Source: the human T2T-CHM13v2.0 reference genome, Homo sapiens
DNA: 64,000 bases
Assembly (NCBI RefSeq): GCF_009914755.1
Contig: NC_060947.1
Strand: one strand, 5' to 3'
The position numbers and the translations under genes were made by a program. Under the pieces are notes generated by a model. The model made no database searches and was not told the DNA's origin. It saw only the letters and a program-made list of their open reading frames with translations. This document shows, in pieces, positions 13,101-29,089 of this stretch (within the stretch, counting starts at the first letter, position 1; each line of letters starts with the position of its first letter).

Positions 13101-15505
13101 ATAGTAGCCACTACTGATCATTTGAATTTTTGCAGGATCAGTTGTAATGTCTCCTTTTTCATCCCTGATTTTGTTTATTTGGGATGGGTCTTCTCTTTTT
13201 TCCTAGTCTGGCTAAAGGTTTGTGAATTTTCTTTATCTTTCCCAAAAACCAACTTTTTGTTTTGTTGACCTTTTCAATTATTTTCTTTATTTTAAATTCA
13301 TTTATTTCTGCTTTGATGCTTATAATTTCTTTTCCTCTACCAATTGTGGGTTTGGTTTGCTCTTGTTTTTCTAATTCTTTAAAATGCATCATGAGGTTAT
13401 TTGAAGTTTTCCTTTTTTCTTTTTTTTTTGAAATAGGCACTTGTAACTACAAACTTCCCTTTTATTACTGCTTTCACTGTATCCCATACGTTCTGATATG
13501 TGTTTTGTTTCCATTATCACTTGTTTCTGGAATTTTTCAATTTCCTTCTTAATTTCTTTATTGACCCACTGCTCATTCAGGAACATATTCTTTAATTTCC
13601 ATGTGTTTATATAATTTCTAAATTTCCTCCTGTTATTCATTTCTGGTTTTATTCCACTGTGGTTAGAGAAGAGGATTGATTTCAATTTTTTGAATGTTTT
13701 CAGACTTGTTTTGTGACCTAACATATTGTCTATGCTTGAGAATGATCCATATATTTAGGAAAATAATGTGTATTTTGCAGCTGTGGATGAAATGTTCTGT
13801 AAATGTGTATCAGGTCCATTTGTTCTATAATGCAGATTAAGTTTGATGTTTCTTGATTTTTGGTCTGGAAGATCTGACCAATGCTGAAACTGTGGTGTTG
13901 AAGTTTCCATTATTACTATATTGGGGTCTATGTTTCTTTTTAACTGTAATAATATTTGCATCATATATCTGGGTGCTCTAGTGTTGAGTGCATGTATATT
14001 TACAATTGGTGTATCATCTTACTGAATTGACACCTTTACTATTATATATTGACCTCTTTTGTCTCTTCTTACAGTTTTTGTCTTGAAATATATTTTGTCT
14101 GATATAAGTATAGCTACTTCTGCTCTTCTTTGTTTCCACTGGCATGGAGTATCTTTTCCCAAACCTTTACTTTCAGTCTATTGTGTCTTTATAGGTGAAG
14201 TGTGTTTCTTATAGGCAACAGATCATTGAGTTTTGTTTTTTTAATCCATTCAACTATTCTGTGTCTTTGGGTTGGAGAGTTTATTCCATTTACATTCAAT
14301 GTTATTACTGATAAGTGAGGACTTACTCCTGCCGTTTTGTTATTTGTTTTCTGGTTGTTGTGTGTCTTCTCTTCCTTCTTTCCTTCCTTTGCATCTTCCT
14401 TTAAGTGAAGATGATTTTCTCTTGTGGTATGATTTAATTTCTTGCTTTTTATTTTTTTGTTTATCTGCTGTATGTGTTTTGAATTGAGATTATCATGGGC
14501 TTGCAAATATCTTATAACTTTTTATTTTAAGCTGATAAAAACTTAACACTTTGCATGAACAAACAAACGATCAAGAAGAAAACTAATAAAACTCTATACT
14601 TTATCTCCCTCTACTTTTCAACTTTTTGTTGTTTTTATTTATCTTATGGTACTGACTTGGTCTTGAAAAGTTGTTGTGGTTATTATTTTTGATTAGTTCA
14701 TCATTTAGTCTTTCCACTTAAGAGTAGTTTACACACCACACTTACAATGTTTAATATTCTGTTCTTCCGTGTACTTACTGTAACCAGTGAGAGTTTTGTA
14801 CCTTCAGATGATTTTTTTTTTTTTTTTTGAGACAAAGTTTCATTCTGTTGCCCAGGCTGGAGTGCAGTAGTGTGATCTTGGCATCTCGGCTGACTGCAAC
14901 TTCTGCCTGCCGGGTTCAAGTGATTCTCGTGCCTCAAGCCTCCCGAGTAGCTGGGACTACAGGTGTGTACCATGACACCTGGCTAATTTTTGTATTTTTA
15001 GTAGAGATGTGGTTTCACCATGTTGGCCAGGCTGGTCTCAAGCTCCTGGCCTCAAGCAATCTGCCCACCTTGGCCTCCCAAAGTACTGGGATTACAGGTT
15101 TGCGCCACCGTGCCCAGCCCCTTCAGACGATTTCTTATTGCTCATTAATGTCGTTGTCTTTCAGAGTGAAGAACTCCCTTTAGCATTTCTTATAGGATAG
15201 TTCTGGTGTTAATGAAATCCATCAGCTTTTGTTTGTCTGGGAAAGCCTGTATTTCTCCTTAATATTTGAAGGGTATTTTCACTGGATCTAGTGTTCTAGG
15301 GATTTTTTTTTTTTTGCCTTCAGCACTTTAAATGAGTCATGCCACGCTCTCCTGGCCTGTAAGGTTTCCGCTGAAAAGTCTACTGCCAGACCTATTGGAG
15401 CTTCATTGCATATTGTTTCTTTTCTCTTGCTGCTTTTAGGATCCTTTCTTTATCCTTGACTTTTGGGAGTTTGATTATTAAATGCCTTGAGGTAGTCTTT
15501 CTTGG
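10140..15505 (-). mobile_element. L1MA1-3-like LINE-1, 5'-truncated (3' UTR, ORF2, end of ORF1), disrupted
   Basis: L1MA 3' UTR; ORF2 fragments [18 protein letters not shown] (11696-11989), LLADDMVLY (12140-12376) and ITLNVNGINSP (14189-14506). Confidence 0.95.
14812..15119 (-). mobile_element. Alu (AluSz/Jb-like) inserted in L1
   Basis: Full dimer; TSD CCTTCAGA(T/C)GATTT. Confidence 0.95.
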
Positions 15506-15514
15506 GGGAAATAG

Positions 15515-15675
15515 CACTAGGCTAGTTGCCAGAATTTTGTCCCCAGTTACACCACCTACTCACTATCTATGTGATTGTGTTCATATTCACAACATTCATA
15601 ACTTCAGTTTTCTCACTCTTAAAATGGAAATCATATCTTCCACCCTGTCTCACAAGGCTTTTGCACAGATTTCAT
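15515..15675 (+). mobile_element. MIR fragment
   Basis: CTTCAGTTTTCTCACTCTTAAAATGGAAAT core. Confidence 0.65.
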
Positions 15676-17094
15676 TATTGCTAAATCTTGACATTAAATA
15701 GTTCCTTTTCCAAAATAGAAATATTGTTCTCTTATTGTTGACTTAGAAGTTTCCTCAGACCATATTATGGCAAAGGCTCTCTAAGTTCATCTAGTTTCTC
15801 TAAAGCTCCCGTTAACCTAGACATTCCCATAGGAAAGATTTTCATTTGTGAGTCTGAAGGAAAGTCAGCATCATATTCTCAGGTCTTAGGAAAAGGGCCA
15901 GGGAAATATCTGTCACTGAATTCCTGAGCAGGCAAAATAGCCAAATCCATGCAATCATCCTTCCATAGATTTGCTTGAATGTAAAGGAGACTGTTTTTAT
16001 TGATGAATCCAATGACATTCAACCTCATCAGCTAGTTTGGTGAGCCAAATCCATGAGGATAATGGCATTACATAATAGTGATTAGATCTCAGGGCAATTA
16101 GAGCAATTATATGATTAGAGGGATAACATCCTTTATGTAAGGCAATATGAACTCCCAGATCTGCTAGACTTTTGTATCACTTCATATTTTCATAGTGTTT
16201 TAGAAAGATATATATCCAAGACACAAAATATTAGAATATATATTTCATAGCTTTAAGGACAATATATATGGTCCTTGTGAAATTTAAAGATGAAAATATA
16301 TTCCAGCTGAATCACTGACAGTTAGTTCCATTGCAGTAGGAGTATTGATTGTCAAGATAGCTGAATTATAAGCATGACTGCTACAAGCTTGCTTTCTCTC
16401 CATTAGGGGGACTACCCTATGTAAGAGGGTACATTTAGGAATATGTTGCTATCCATTTGCTAGGTTAGTTATTACTTTTCGCCTCTAGTTTGTACTGCAC
16501 GTATTATGTGGTGAGCCTGGGATACCTTATAAAATAAGAACAAGTTTAGGAGAAGAGGAGAGAGAATAAAGAAGTTAAAGTTTATGCTATGTTTTGGGGG
16601 CACAGTGATTCAATATTAGTCATTTTGTTTAATTTGAATTTTTGCAAATTATGCTTCAGTGAATTAAGATGGAAATAGTTTAGACCTGATTTTGAAAATA
16701 AAAGGATGTTTTGTTTATTACATGCTCATCCCTTGTGTAGTCTATTTTCTTGATACCCAATTTAATATCTCCTGGTGATGAAGGTGATATCTAATTTAAA
16801 AGAAAAATAAACATCACTGGCAGTATATAGTGTGAATTTACTCTAAATTACTACTCATATGCAATTAAACATGGCTTCCCCCTTGGATTCTTTATAGCCA
16901 ATGCACTTAAAATAGGTTGTTTTGGCACAGCCTGCACAGTTTGATACCATTCAATCTTCTTACTGAGATGTCGAGTGAATTTTTCTCTATCTTGAAGGAA
17001 AACCAAATGTAAGGTAGAAGGTTGAAATACAAACTGATATTAAAGAGGCATTAAACTCTTGCCAACATCATGTTTCTGTTTTATCTAGGAGAAT

Positions 17095-17330
17095 AATTTT
17101 AAACCACAGGTGATTTTGCTCCCCAGGATACTCTTTTGGTCGTCACAACTGGGAGATGCTATTGCCATCTAGTGGGTAGAGGCCAAGGGTGCTGCTAAAC
17201 ATCCTACAAAGCATAGAGCTGCACCCTTCCCACCCCTGTCCCTTCTATCCATCACTATGTGGACCAAACAAAGCATTATCTGGGCCAAAGTGTCAATGGT
17301 GCCAAGGTAGAGAAACTCAGAGAAACTCTG
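17095..17330 (+). mobile_element. MER20
   Basis: GTCACAACTGGGAGATGCTATTGCCATCTAGTGGGTAGAGGCCAAGGGTGCTGCTAAACATCCTACA. Confidence 0.85.
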
Positions 17331-18036
17331 ACCTAGGAAAAGAGCATTTGATGGGATTTTAGGATTTTTGTGGCATATCTTTTACTAGCTGCATCAGTCC
17401 ATAAACACTAATATATATTTCAGAAATGAAATCAACTGTTTTTGAGGGCATGCCTGCTTTGAGTTCAAATACACAGATTTCTCATCTGGATTCGAGGAGT
17501 TAGAACCTCATGCATATCCTCAGCAAATACTGCCTGCTTATAGAATATAGATTCTGTTAAGACAAGGCCCCATTTCCAGATTAAGAAAAAATGGCATACT
17601 TTCCACTAAAAAAAATCCATTCAAATGAAAAGATTATCATAGTCTTAGGTTAAACCATAAGACATCACTGAATCTATAGGTCAAAATTGTCACACATCAG
17701 CAATGTCATATGGTTAAACCCTCTACTATGTCATCCCTTGTCAGATGATCATGATCCGAAACAAACTCTCATTTGGAATGTCAGGACACTTCCTCAGTGT
17801 GCCTCATTTGTATTTCTACCTACTGTAATAACTATGGCTGGAATCTTAATACATTTGTGGTGACTCAATCATCAGTGAAACACTGTTCAAAATGTTTTTT
17901 ACAAGAACTTTTGTCAAAAATTCCTTAGGTTGGCATACATTTTTCTTGAGAACTATAAAAATATAAGAGCTGAGAATGTCTATATCAGTCTGGTTTTGAA
18001 ATAAAAGAAAGCCACTATAAGAATTATGGAAATAAG

Positions 18037-18296
<260 letters not shown>

Positions 18297-18429
18297 TTAA
18301 TATAGCAATTAGTGATTAATATGAAAGGGGAGTAAGAGTCTGAAAGAATGCAGCTTAAAGATCAGAAAAATAGTAACATGACATCAATCTGAAGACTTGG
18401 AGTAGGTGATGAAGCCCCGATCCTAAGGA

Positions 18430-18664
18430 AGTCCAAGAAACTTCTCATCTACAAAGTGGGAGTTGGCAGAGTGGTCTGGAACTAGATGCCTGACCCATCT
18501 GATGGTCATGATATATTGAGCAATAATGCTCACTGAGAATTTCTCCCATTGGTAAACTCAAACCTGTAACTACAGAGTGAAGGTGGTTTTGAGAAACATA
18601 GTCCCCAACCTTAAGAGGGACTGGGAGTGGTGATGCCAAGCTGACTACAACCAAACCAGCACAA
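18430..18664 (-). mobile_element. ERVL-type LTR fragment (LTR52/MLT2-like)
   Basis: Reverse begins TGTGCTGGTTTGGTTGTAGTCAGCTTGGC...GGACTATGTTTCTCAAAA. Confidence 0.4.
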
Positions 18665-19339
18665 AGCAAATCACAATGTTATAACTACCTCATCACAAGT
18701 GAATATGAGGATGGGCAGCTTAAAATCTCATGAGATTACACAGTCTTGTAACTGCCTCATAAAAGAACTTATCAACAGGAAGACAAACAGAGGAAGGTCA
18801 TTGTCATCCTTCTTGCATTGAGACAAAAAGAAGTGCCTTTTAGGAGAAAAGGGAGAAAGGGAGGTTGAATAACGTATTAATCGAGAAATGCATTTTCAGG
18901 AAATTCATATCTGACTGTCTCTACTAGCGTTCCTGTCTCGAAGCCAAGTGGTAAGATGAGACATGGACATCTCAAAGATAATGATGCACCTGTATTAGGT
19001 ATAAGATGGTCAAGCTGTAATCCTCAATTCTGCAAAATATATGTAATTTTATTGACTTTCTCTAACTGAACTTATTTTTCTAATTTTTAGTACTTTATTG
19101 TAAAGTAGAAAATATATTCTTAGACAATTCTAGGTACATAATTATTTCAGGATTTAAAATAGTTCATTTCTGCTGTTTTCTTCCTCCCTCTCCATAGGAA
19201 ACATCTGACTTTCAAGGGGCCTATGTCGTTTTCTTCCTTCAGAGAAAAATATCTGGTGTCTAGTCCATCTCAATTTATTTTGGTATCCATCTAAGATATT
19301 CCTGATTTTGCTTTGGTATATTAGTCAAGGTAGAATAGC

Positions 19340-19649
19340 CAGTGTTTATCAAACTCTCAGTGGTTAAGAAACAGTTTTTATTATTTTCAATCTGTCACAG
19401 ACCAATACTTTTGTAAAATACAATAATGATAAATTACTAGAAGCATGAAATTAAAAAATAAAGCCAACAAAAACAAAAGACAAACCTGGATTTTAAAAAT
19501 GAAATTCCACAGACATAAAATTTCTTTCAAATTGCCATAAAATTTTCTAGAAGCTTTATTTGAATTTCAGTACTTAATTTCTTCATAGGTTGGCATCAAA
19601 GAGTTTGCAGAGCAGAACCAGTCTGTGGACCATGTTTTGACTAATACTA
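19340..19649 (-). mobile_element. hAT-Charlie MITE (Charlie18a-like)
   Basis: CAGTGTTTATCAAAC terminal repeat; ACTTTTGTAAAATACAATAA internal motif. Confidence 0.7.
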
Positions 19650-19885
19650 TGCTAAGCTATGCTGAAACAACAAATAAGACATGAAATCTCAGTGCCTTAT
19701 AGGAATAAAAGTTTATTTTTTGTTCATGTAAAGTCTAATATGATCATTCCTGGTCTGTACTCTCCTGGGAAGTTCTCTTCTAAACAGTGACAGAAGGATC
19801 CATTTCCCTTCCTTCTTTGTGTTACTGCCTTTAAAACATAGTGTCTAATGTCACCCGAGAAGGCAAATGTGGGTAGACAAACCTA

Positions 19886-19965
19886 TTAGGTTGCTGCAAA
19901 AGTAATTGCGGTTTCCGCCATGAAAAGTAATGGCAGAAACCGCAATTACTTTTGCACTGCCCTCA
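19886..19965. mobile_element. MADE1 (Hsmar1-derived 80-bp palindromic MITE)
   Basis: TTAGGTTGCTGCAAAAGTAATTGCGG...CCGCAATTACTTTTGCAC; 80 bp; TA on both sides. Confidence 0.95.
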
Positions 19966-20222
19966 TATTTAGACGCCTAGTTGGGAAGTGATACACGTTA
20001 CTTCTGTTCATATCTTCTTGCCAGAGCTAATCATATGGCCGAACTAACTGCAAAGGAGTCTGGCATAGGTAAAGGAGCACATGAGTATTGTGAAATTCTA
20101 GTAGGCTTTTCCACAAATGATCTCATATATTTTGTGATATCTTTGTCTCAATTTCCACACCCCTCTCAGAGTATCCACAATTTTCAAAAGTTCTCTTGCG
20201 TTTTTAAAATTCAATTCTTGGG

Positions 20223-20541
<319 letters not shown>

Positions 20542-21158
20542 TCATGGGGTCTGTTGGGGAGACTCATGTGGCTTGTCTTAGGTCCTGACTAGATATGGCT
20601 TGCTGCCACTTACTCTTTATGGACACTACACTATTAATGACCTTTGAAAAATCTCTGTGCAATTTTACACAAGAACTATGCATTAGTCTCCTTGGTATTT
20701 AGATTCCCATGTGTCCTAGGGAGTCTACTATTTCACCTGGGATTCTGTTGAGAGTTGTGCTGGAGCTGACTTAAACTCCTTTCAAGGACATGCTCAGAAT
20801 TTAACTTGATCGCTTCCTTTCTGACTCTTCTCTCTCTCATCAGCCTCTAGAATCTTTATAAAATCTAAGGCAGGAAAAGTGGTTCTTTAATCATCATAAT
20901 GCATTCTCATTAAATTTACTGTTTACGGGACATATTTTCACTTTGGTACTCAAAGCACTTTATTTTCAGATTTTGAGACCCTCCCCCACAACCATTTTTA
21001 CTCAACCTACTGTCTTTTCTGGAAGTTCAAACATCAATTTTTTTGACATTCCATTCGTCATCAGGATGTAGAAAAATGTGAAATACCAAGTGGGAACAAC
21101 AATTACACACTGCATACAATAAAATAATCATACATACGTAGATTTATGAAGCTATTGA

Positions 21159-21445
<287 letters not shown>

Positions 21446-21559
21446 GAGAAGTCTTAATTAACTGAATTCCAGAGAGGGATGCACTCTTCTTTGGTGAGCA
21501 AAGAACCACAGACACTTACATAATTGGAAGCAAGTGCCTCTGAAGGATATGAGTTTTAA

Positions 21560-23078
21560 GAGGAACAGGCCTGACAGAGATTAAGAGACTTCGTAGGACT
21601 AGGAAAATATATCTGAGTTTTTAGTGACATGGTTGCCTGGCAGGATAGATTGGAATTTGGCAGAGCCCCAAATGTAAAAACAAACCACTTGGTCACATCT
21701 AAGAATTTCTGTTTCATACCTTAAATATTTTTCAGAGTAAGCAGCAGAGAGTTGTAGAGTTTGCAGTGGAGGTAAGGCTGGAAAGCAGAGAGTTTGTATA
21801 GCTCTGTTGTTCAGATTTTCAGGCCCTGCTGACATTGAATTCAAAGATAAATTAAAAAAAAAAAAAACTCACGTTACAAGCCAATACCTTCCTAGCTCAA
21901 ATCCTAACAAGATCAAAGAGATTAACCCCTCAAGTTAGACTGAAAAGAAAAGGGAAATCTCTATTTCCATTTGAAACTATAGGTAACCAAATTAATTAAA
22001 GCTACATTTTATCCTTAGCTCACATCAATTTTTGGTCTAAACTGTAACACAAGTCTTTTGCCTCAGCTGCCTTTTAGAGGAAACAAATTCTCCTTTTTAG
22101 AATCAAAAAGAAATTGAACAAAAATAATATACTTCAGACTTCTGTATTTTTAATATATAAAATTTGGCATGCAATAAAAAATTTAAGCAGGAAAATGTAA
22201 TCGACAATGAGGAGATATAAAACAACAGTCAATAGAAGCTGAAACACAGATGTCACGGATCTTGAAATTAGTACATAAGTACTTTAAAGCAACTATAATA
22301 AACATGTTAAGTAATTTCTAAGAAAAGATGGAAAGAATGGGTGAAGAGATGGGGGAATGCAAGAGGGATATTAAAACTCCAGAAATAACAAAATGGAAAG
22401 TTCTAGGACTAGAAAAACAAAATATTTGAAGTGAAATAATTGAACACAGTAGAAGAAAAGAACAGAAAATTTCAGACAAATTATCAAAAATGAACCACTC
22501 AGAGAAAAGAGAGCATCAGTGATTAGGAACGATATCAAATATACTAACATATATGTAATTGAATTTTCAGAAGAAGAGGAATGAGTGGGTTAGAAAAAAT
22601 ATTTGAAAAATTAGTGCTTCCAAATTTTCCAAATTTGAAGAAAAACATCAATGCACAAATTCAGGAAGCTCAGTAAATTCCACATAAGATAAATGCAAAT
22701 AAAACCACAAACAAACTGCAAGAAACAAAAGATAAAGAGAAAACCCTTTAAGAGCAGCTGAAAGAAAAAAGACAAAGTACATATAGGGGGAAAATGATAA
22801 GAATGATAACTTACTTGTCATCAGGAAGAATGGAAGCCACAAGATAAGACAATGGCTCCCTTAAAGTGCTAAAGAAAAGAACAGTCACCTTAGAATTCTA
22901 CATTGAGTGAACATATTCTCAAAATAAAAAATTAAAGACTTTTTTCAATAAATGAAGGTTGAAATAATTATTAATCAGCAGATCTTCATTATAATAAATA
23001 TTAAAGGAAATCTTCATTCTAACAGAAATCATACTATATGGAAACTTATCTCTACACTAAGAAATGAAAAGTTCTGGA
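21560..23078 (+). mobile_element. Ancient L1ME/L1M 5' region and ORF1 relic
   Basis: A-rich ORF1-like sequence (GAAAAAATATTTGAAAAA...CAAATTCAGGAAGCTCAG...CTTAGAATTCTAC). Confidence 0.75.
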
Positions 23079-23624
23079 TCCAGGGAGACAAGATAGCTGA
23101 CTAGACACGGTAGTATGTGACTCCTCCATGAAAAGGAACCAGGATAGTAAGTAGGTACATTCCAAACAGATCGTATAGGAGATAATTCACCAGATAAGAG
23201 ACAAGAAGCACCAGAAGTAAGTAAGGAGAGGGCTTGAGGTAGCTTGCCTAGCCAGGAACTGACTGATCGCTGAGAGAGGCTCCTGGTTGTGGGGAAACAG
23301 TATGGGGAAAACCCCCAGAACTCTGAAATGAGCTTTTATGACCTTAGCTGTGGGAGGAATCCTTGATCCACGAGGGCCTTGGGCCTGATATATGGAGCTG
23401 CCTAAAGATTGTATGGAGACATTACTCCAGAAAGAGAATGCACACAGAATCTCACAGGCATTTGAACTTGGAGCAGCCTCAGCTGGGGGCCATTTTGAGA
23501 CCTAGATACCAGAGATTTGCTGACATGGCTGCTGCCACTGCACTGCTCCAAAGTGAAATAGGAGAGACCAGGCACTCCCACTACCCCTGGGAGGGTTCCT
23601 GCTGCCCTGATATGGGCTACTATT

Positions 23625-24378
23625 GAGACTGAGCCATAAGTAGATCACACTCCCCACAGCTTATTGCCACTGCTGCTTGCCTGGGAGGTGCCCCACCTCT
23701 GGTCCTAGGCCCAAGGTGTCATTTTGAGAGTTTAATGCTGAGATGCAGCGCACCTTGAGCTCAGACTGACACAATTGCAGCTGCCACCCACCCAAGGAGG
23801 GACAAGGAAACCGGGATATCCTATGTGTATTTAGGACAATACCAACTACCCTGCCACGGGCTGCTGTGAGACTGAGCTGAGACTCAAGTGGACAACACTC
23901 CTCACAGCTTCTTGCCAAAGATGCTTGCCTAGGAGAGGCCCCACACTCCCTGGTGGCAGGCCCAAGGTGCGATTTTGAGAGTTTAATGCTGGGCTGCACC
24001 CTGCCATTGGGCCAAGTTCGAGTTGATATGGCTGCAGCTGCTACCCAGTCAAGGAAAGACAGGGAAGCCAGGCTCTCCTACACATACCTAGAACAATACC
24101 TAAAGCCCTGCTACAAGCTGCTGTGAAACTGAGACTTGGTATACCAGACTCTCCACAGCTTTGCCCATACTGCTTACCTCAGAGAGGCCCCACTCACTCT
24201 GGTCTCAAGCCCATAGTTGGTACCATTTTGCGAATATAATGCTGGAATGTGACCCACCCTCAAACTGAGCTCGAGGAGATGCAGCTGCAGCCACCATCCA
24301 GCTAGGGAAGGGACAGGAACACCAAGCTTTTCTAAGCACACTTAGGAAAATACTCACCACCCTGCTACAGGTGGCTGT
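23625..24378 (+). repeat. About 250-bp tandem monomers (3 copies plus an upstream partial) in L1 5' UTR
   Basis: GA(G/A)ACTGAG at 23625, 23868 and 24125; shared ATTTTG..ATGCTG and CCCTGC..GCTGT blocks. Confidence 0.85.
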
Positions 24379-24890
24379 GGGGTTAGGGACGAGTCTACTC
24401 GGCCCATTACAGGTTCCAGCAACAGCAACACAGACTACTTGGGTCTAAGTGGTTTGCTCCAAGGGGCCTTAAATATGGAAATAGATGGTTGACATTCACC
24501 ATCACAAAAACACTTGAGAGTATAAAACACGGACTTCATATAAAACAACCACATAAAGGAGGCAAAAAAGGAATCAAACAGCAACATAACAGAATTTCAC
24601 CAAACCTCAAAGAAGAAAAGAGAAACAGAAACAAATAATTTATGAAAGAAAGAATTCATAAAACAATTAGAAAATAATCAACAATATGACAGGAACAAAG
24701 CCTCACCTTATCAATACTAACCTTGAATGTAAATGGTTTAAATTCTCTGCTTAAAAGATAGATTGTCAGAATGGATTTAAAAAAACATAATCCAACTATT
24801 AAATATATGCTGCCTGCAAGAAACTCACCTTTCCATAAAGACACAATAGACTAAAAGCAAAGGGGTGGGAAAAGATATTCCACACATGTC

Positions 24891-25204
<314 letters not shown>

Positions 25205-25434
25205 GATAATCCACACGAACAGAAATCAAAAGCTAGCAAGAGTAGCTATACTTATATCAGATAAAGCTGACTTTAAATCAAAAATAGTAAAAAACAAAAC
25301 AAAACAAAACAGTCATTGTATAATAATAAAGGGATTCAGCAAGAGGATATAACAATCCTAAATATATAGGCACCCAACATCAGAGCAACCAAATTCACAA
25401 AACAAACATTACTAGACCTAAAGAAAGAGATAGC

Positions 25435-25747
<313 letters not shown>

Positions 25748-26584
25748 GGTAGCGGACTTTAACATCCCACTAACAGGACTAGACAGATCATGAAGACAAA
25801 AAATTATCAAAGAAATGTTGGACTTAAATTAGACTTAAATGGACTTAGCAGATAGTTATAGAACATTCAACCCAACAACTACAGACTATACATTCTTTTC
25901 ATCAGCACATGAAATACTCTCCAAGACAGACCACACATTCAGCCACAAAACAAGTCTTAACAAGTTTAATAAAATCAAAATTTTCTCAAATACCTTTTCA
26001 GACGACAGTGGTCTGAAATCAATACCAAGCTAGAAATCAATGCCAAGAGGAACTTTAGAAACTATACAAATACATGGAAATTAAACAGCATGCTACTGAA
26101 TAATCACTGGGTCAATGAAGAAATTAAGATGAAAACTAATATTTTAAATGAATAAAAATGAACACATAACATACTAAAACCTGTGGGATACAGCAAGACA
26201 GTGCTAAGAGGGAAGTTTACAGCATTAAATGCCTACATCAAAAAAGTAGAAAGATTACAATTAAATAACCCAATATCGCACCTCAAGGATCTAGAAAAAC
26301 AAGAACAAACCAAACCCAGATTTAGCAGAAAAAAGGCAATAACAAAGATCAGAACAGAGCTAAATGAAATAAGCATCAAAAAATATGAAGGATTAAACAA
26401 AATGTTGGTTTGTTGAAAAGATAAAATTGATAAACTATTAACTAGACTAACTAAGAAGAGGTAAGAACCAAATAAACACAATCAGAAATGAAAAAGGGAC
26501 ATTAAAACGGATACCACAGAAATATAAAAGATCATCAAAGACTATTATGACAAGTATATATTCACAAACTAGAAACCTAGAAAA

Positions 26585-27929
<1,345 letters not shown>

Positions 27930-27930
<1 letters not shown>

Positions 27931-28260
27931 TAAATTTAATATAAATTAAATTAATAGATTTAATTTAATCTATTTAAATAGACTTAATTTAATTTAATCT
28001 TTTAATTAATAGATTTAATTTAATCTATTTAAATAGACTTAATTTAATTTAATCTTTTAATTAATAGGTTTAATTTAATCTATTTAATTAATAGATTTAA
28101 TTTAATGTAATCTTTTAATTAATAGATTTAATTTAATTTACTCTATTTAATTAATAGATTTAATTTAATTTAATCTATTTAATTAATAGATTTAATTTAA
28201 TTTAATCTATTTAATTAATAGATTTAATTTAATTTAATCAATTAATAGATTAAATTTCAA
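27930..28260. repeat. AT-rich palindromic minisatellite (about 23-32 bp units)
   Basis: Unit TAATCTATTTAATTAATAGATTTAATTTAATT (32 bp, e.g. 28171 and 28203) plus shorter variants. Confidence 0.95.
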
Positions 28261-28453
28261 TAAAACTGAGTTTAAACAAAATAGAATTAATGGTAAAAAA
28301 TATTAATCCACCTAATGTAGGCAAAAAAGGAAAAGTCATTTTGAAATTAAAAATTTAAGGAAGGTCTTAGATTCTTCTTGAAATTGGAGAAAGGCTCACA
28401 GGACAAAAAGAATCACTAGGAAATATATGTCTCACATATAAACAACAATTACA

Positions 28454-28735
28454 TTGGGAGGCCAAGGCAGGAGGATCACTTGAGGCCAGGAATTCAAGAT
28501 CAGCCTGAGCAATATAGCAAGATCCTTTCTCTCCAATAAATTAAAATAAAAATAGTCAGGAGCGGTGGTGTGCCTCTGTGCCTATAGTCCCAGCTACTCG
28601 GGAGGCTGAGACAGGAAGATTTCTTGAGCACAGGAGTTCAAGGCTGCAATGTGCCAGGATCACACCACTGCACTCTAGCCTGGGTGACATGGCAAGACCC
28701 TGTTTCTAAAATATGAATACAAATAAATAAAAAAT
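28454..28735 (+). mobile_element. AluJ-like, 5'-truncated
   Basis: GGAGGATCACTTGAGGCCAGG, GTTCAAGGCTGCA; TSD ATAAACAACAATT. Confidence 0.92.
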
Positions 28736-28863
28736 AAACAACAATTGTATTCACTAGTTGCTGTGAATCAAGCACTTACTGATTTGTTGAATGAAAGAAC
28801 TTCATAAAATTAAAAAGATTAGTCTGATTGAGATAGGTGCTTTACCCAAATTATTTATTCTTA

Positions 28864-29061
<198 letters not shown>

Positions 29062-29089
29062 TCAACACTGCTCAGGCCACATTAGGCCA

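Larger units (their letters stand above)
19317..20114 (-). mobile_element. MLT1 (J/I/L-like) MaLR LTR hosting two nested MITEs
   Basis: TATATTAGTCAAGG...CTATGCTG...AAATCTCAGTGCCTTA...CTAACTGCAAAGGAGTCTGG...CCACA. Confidence 0.7.
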
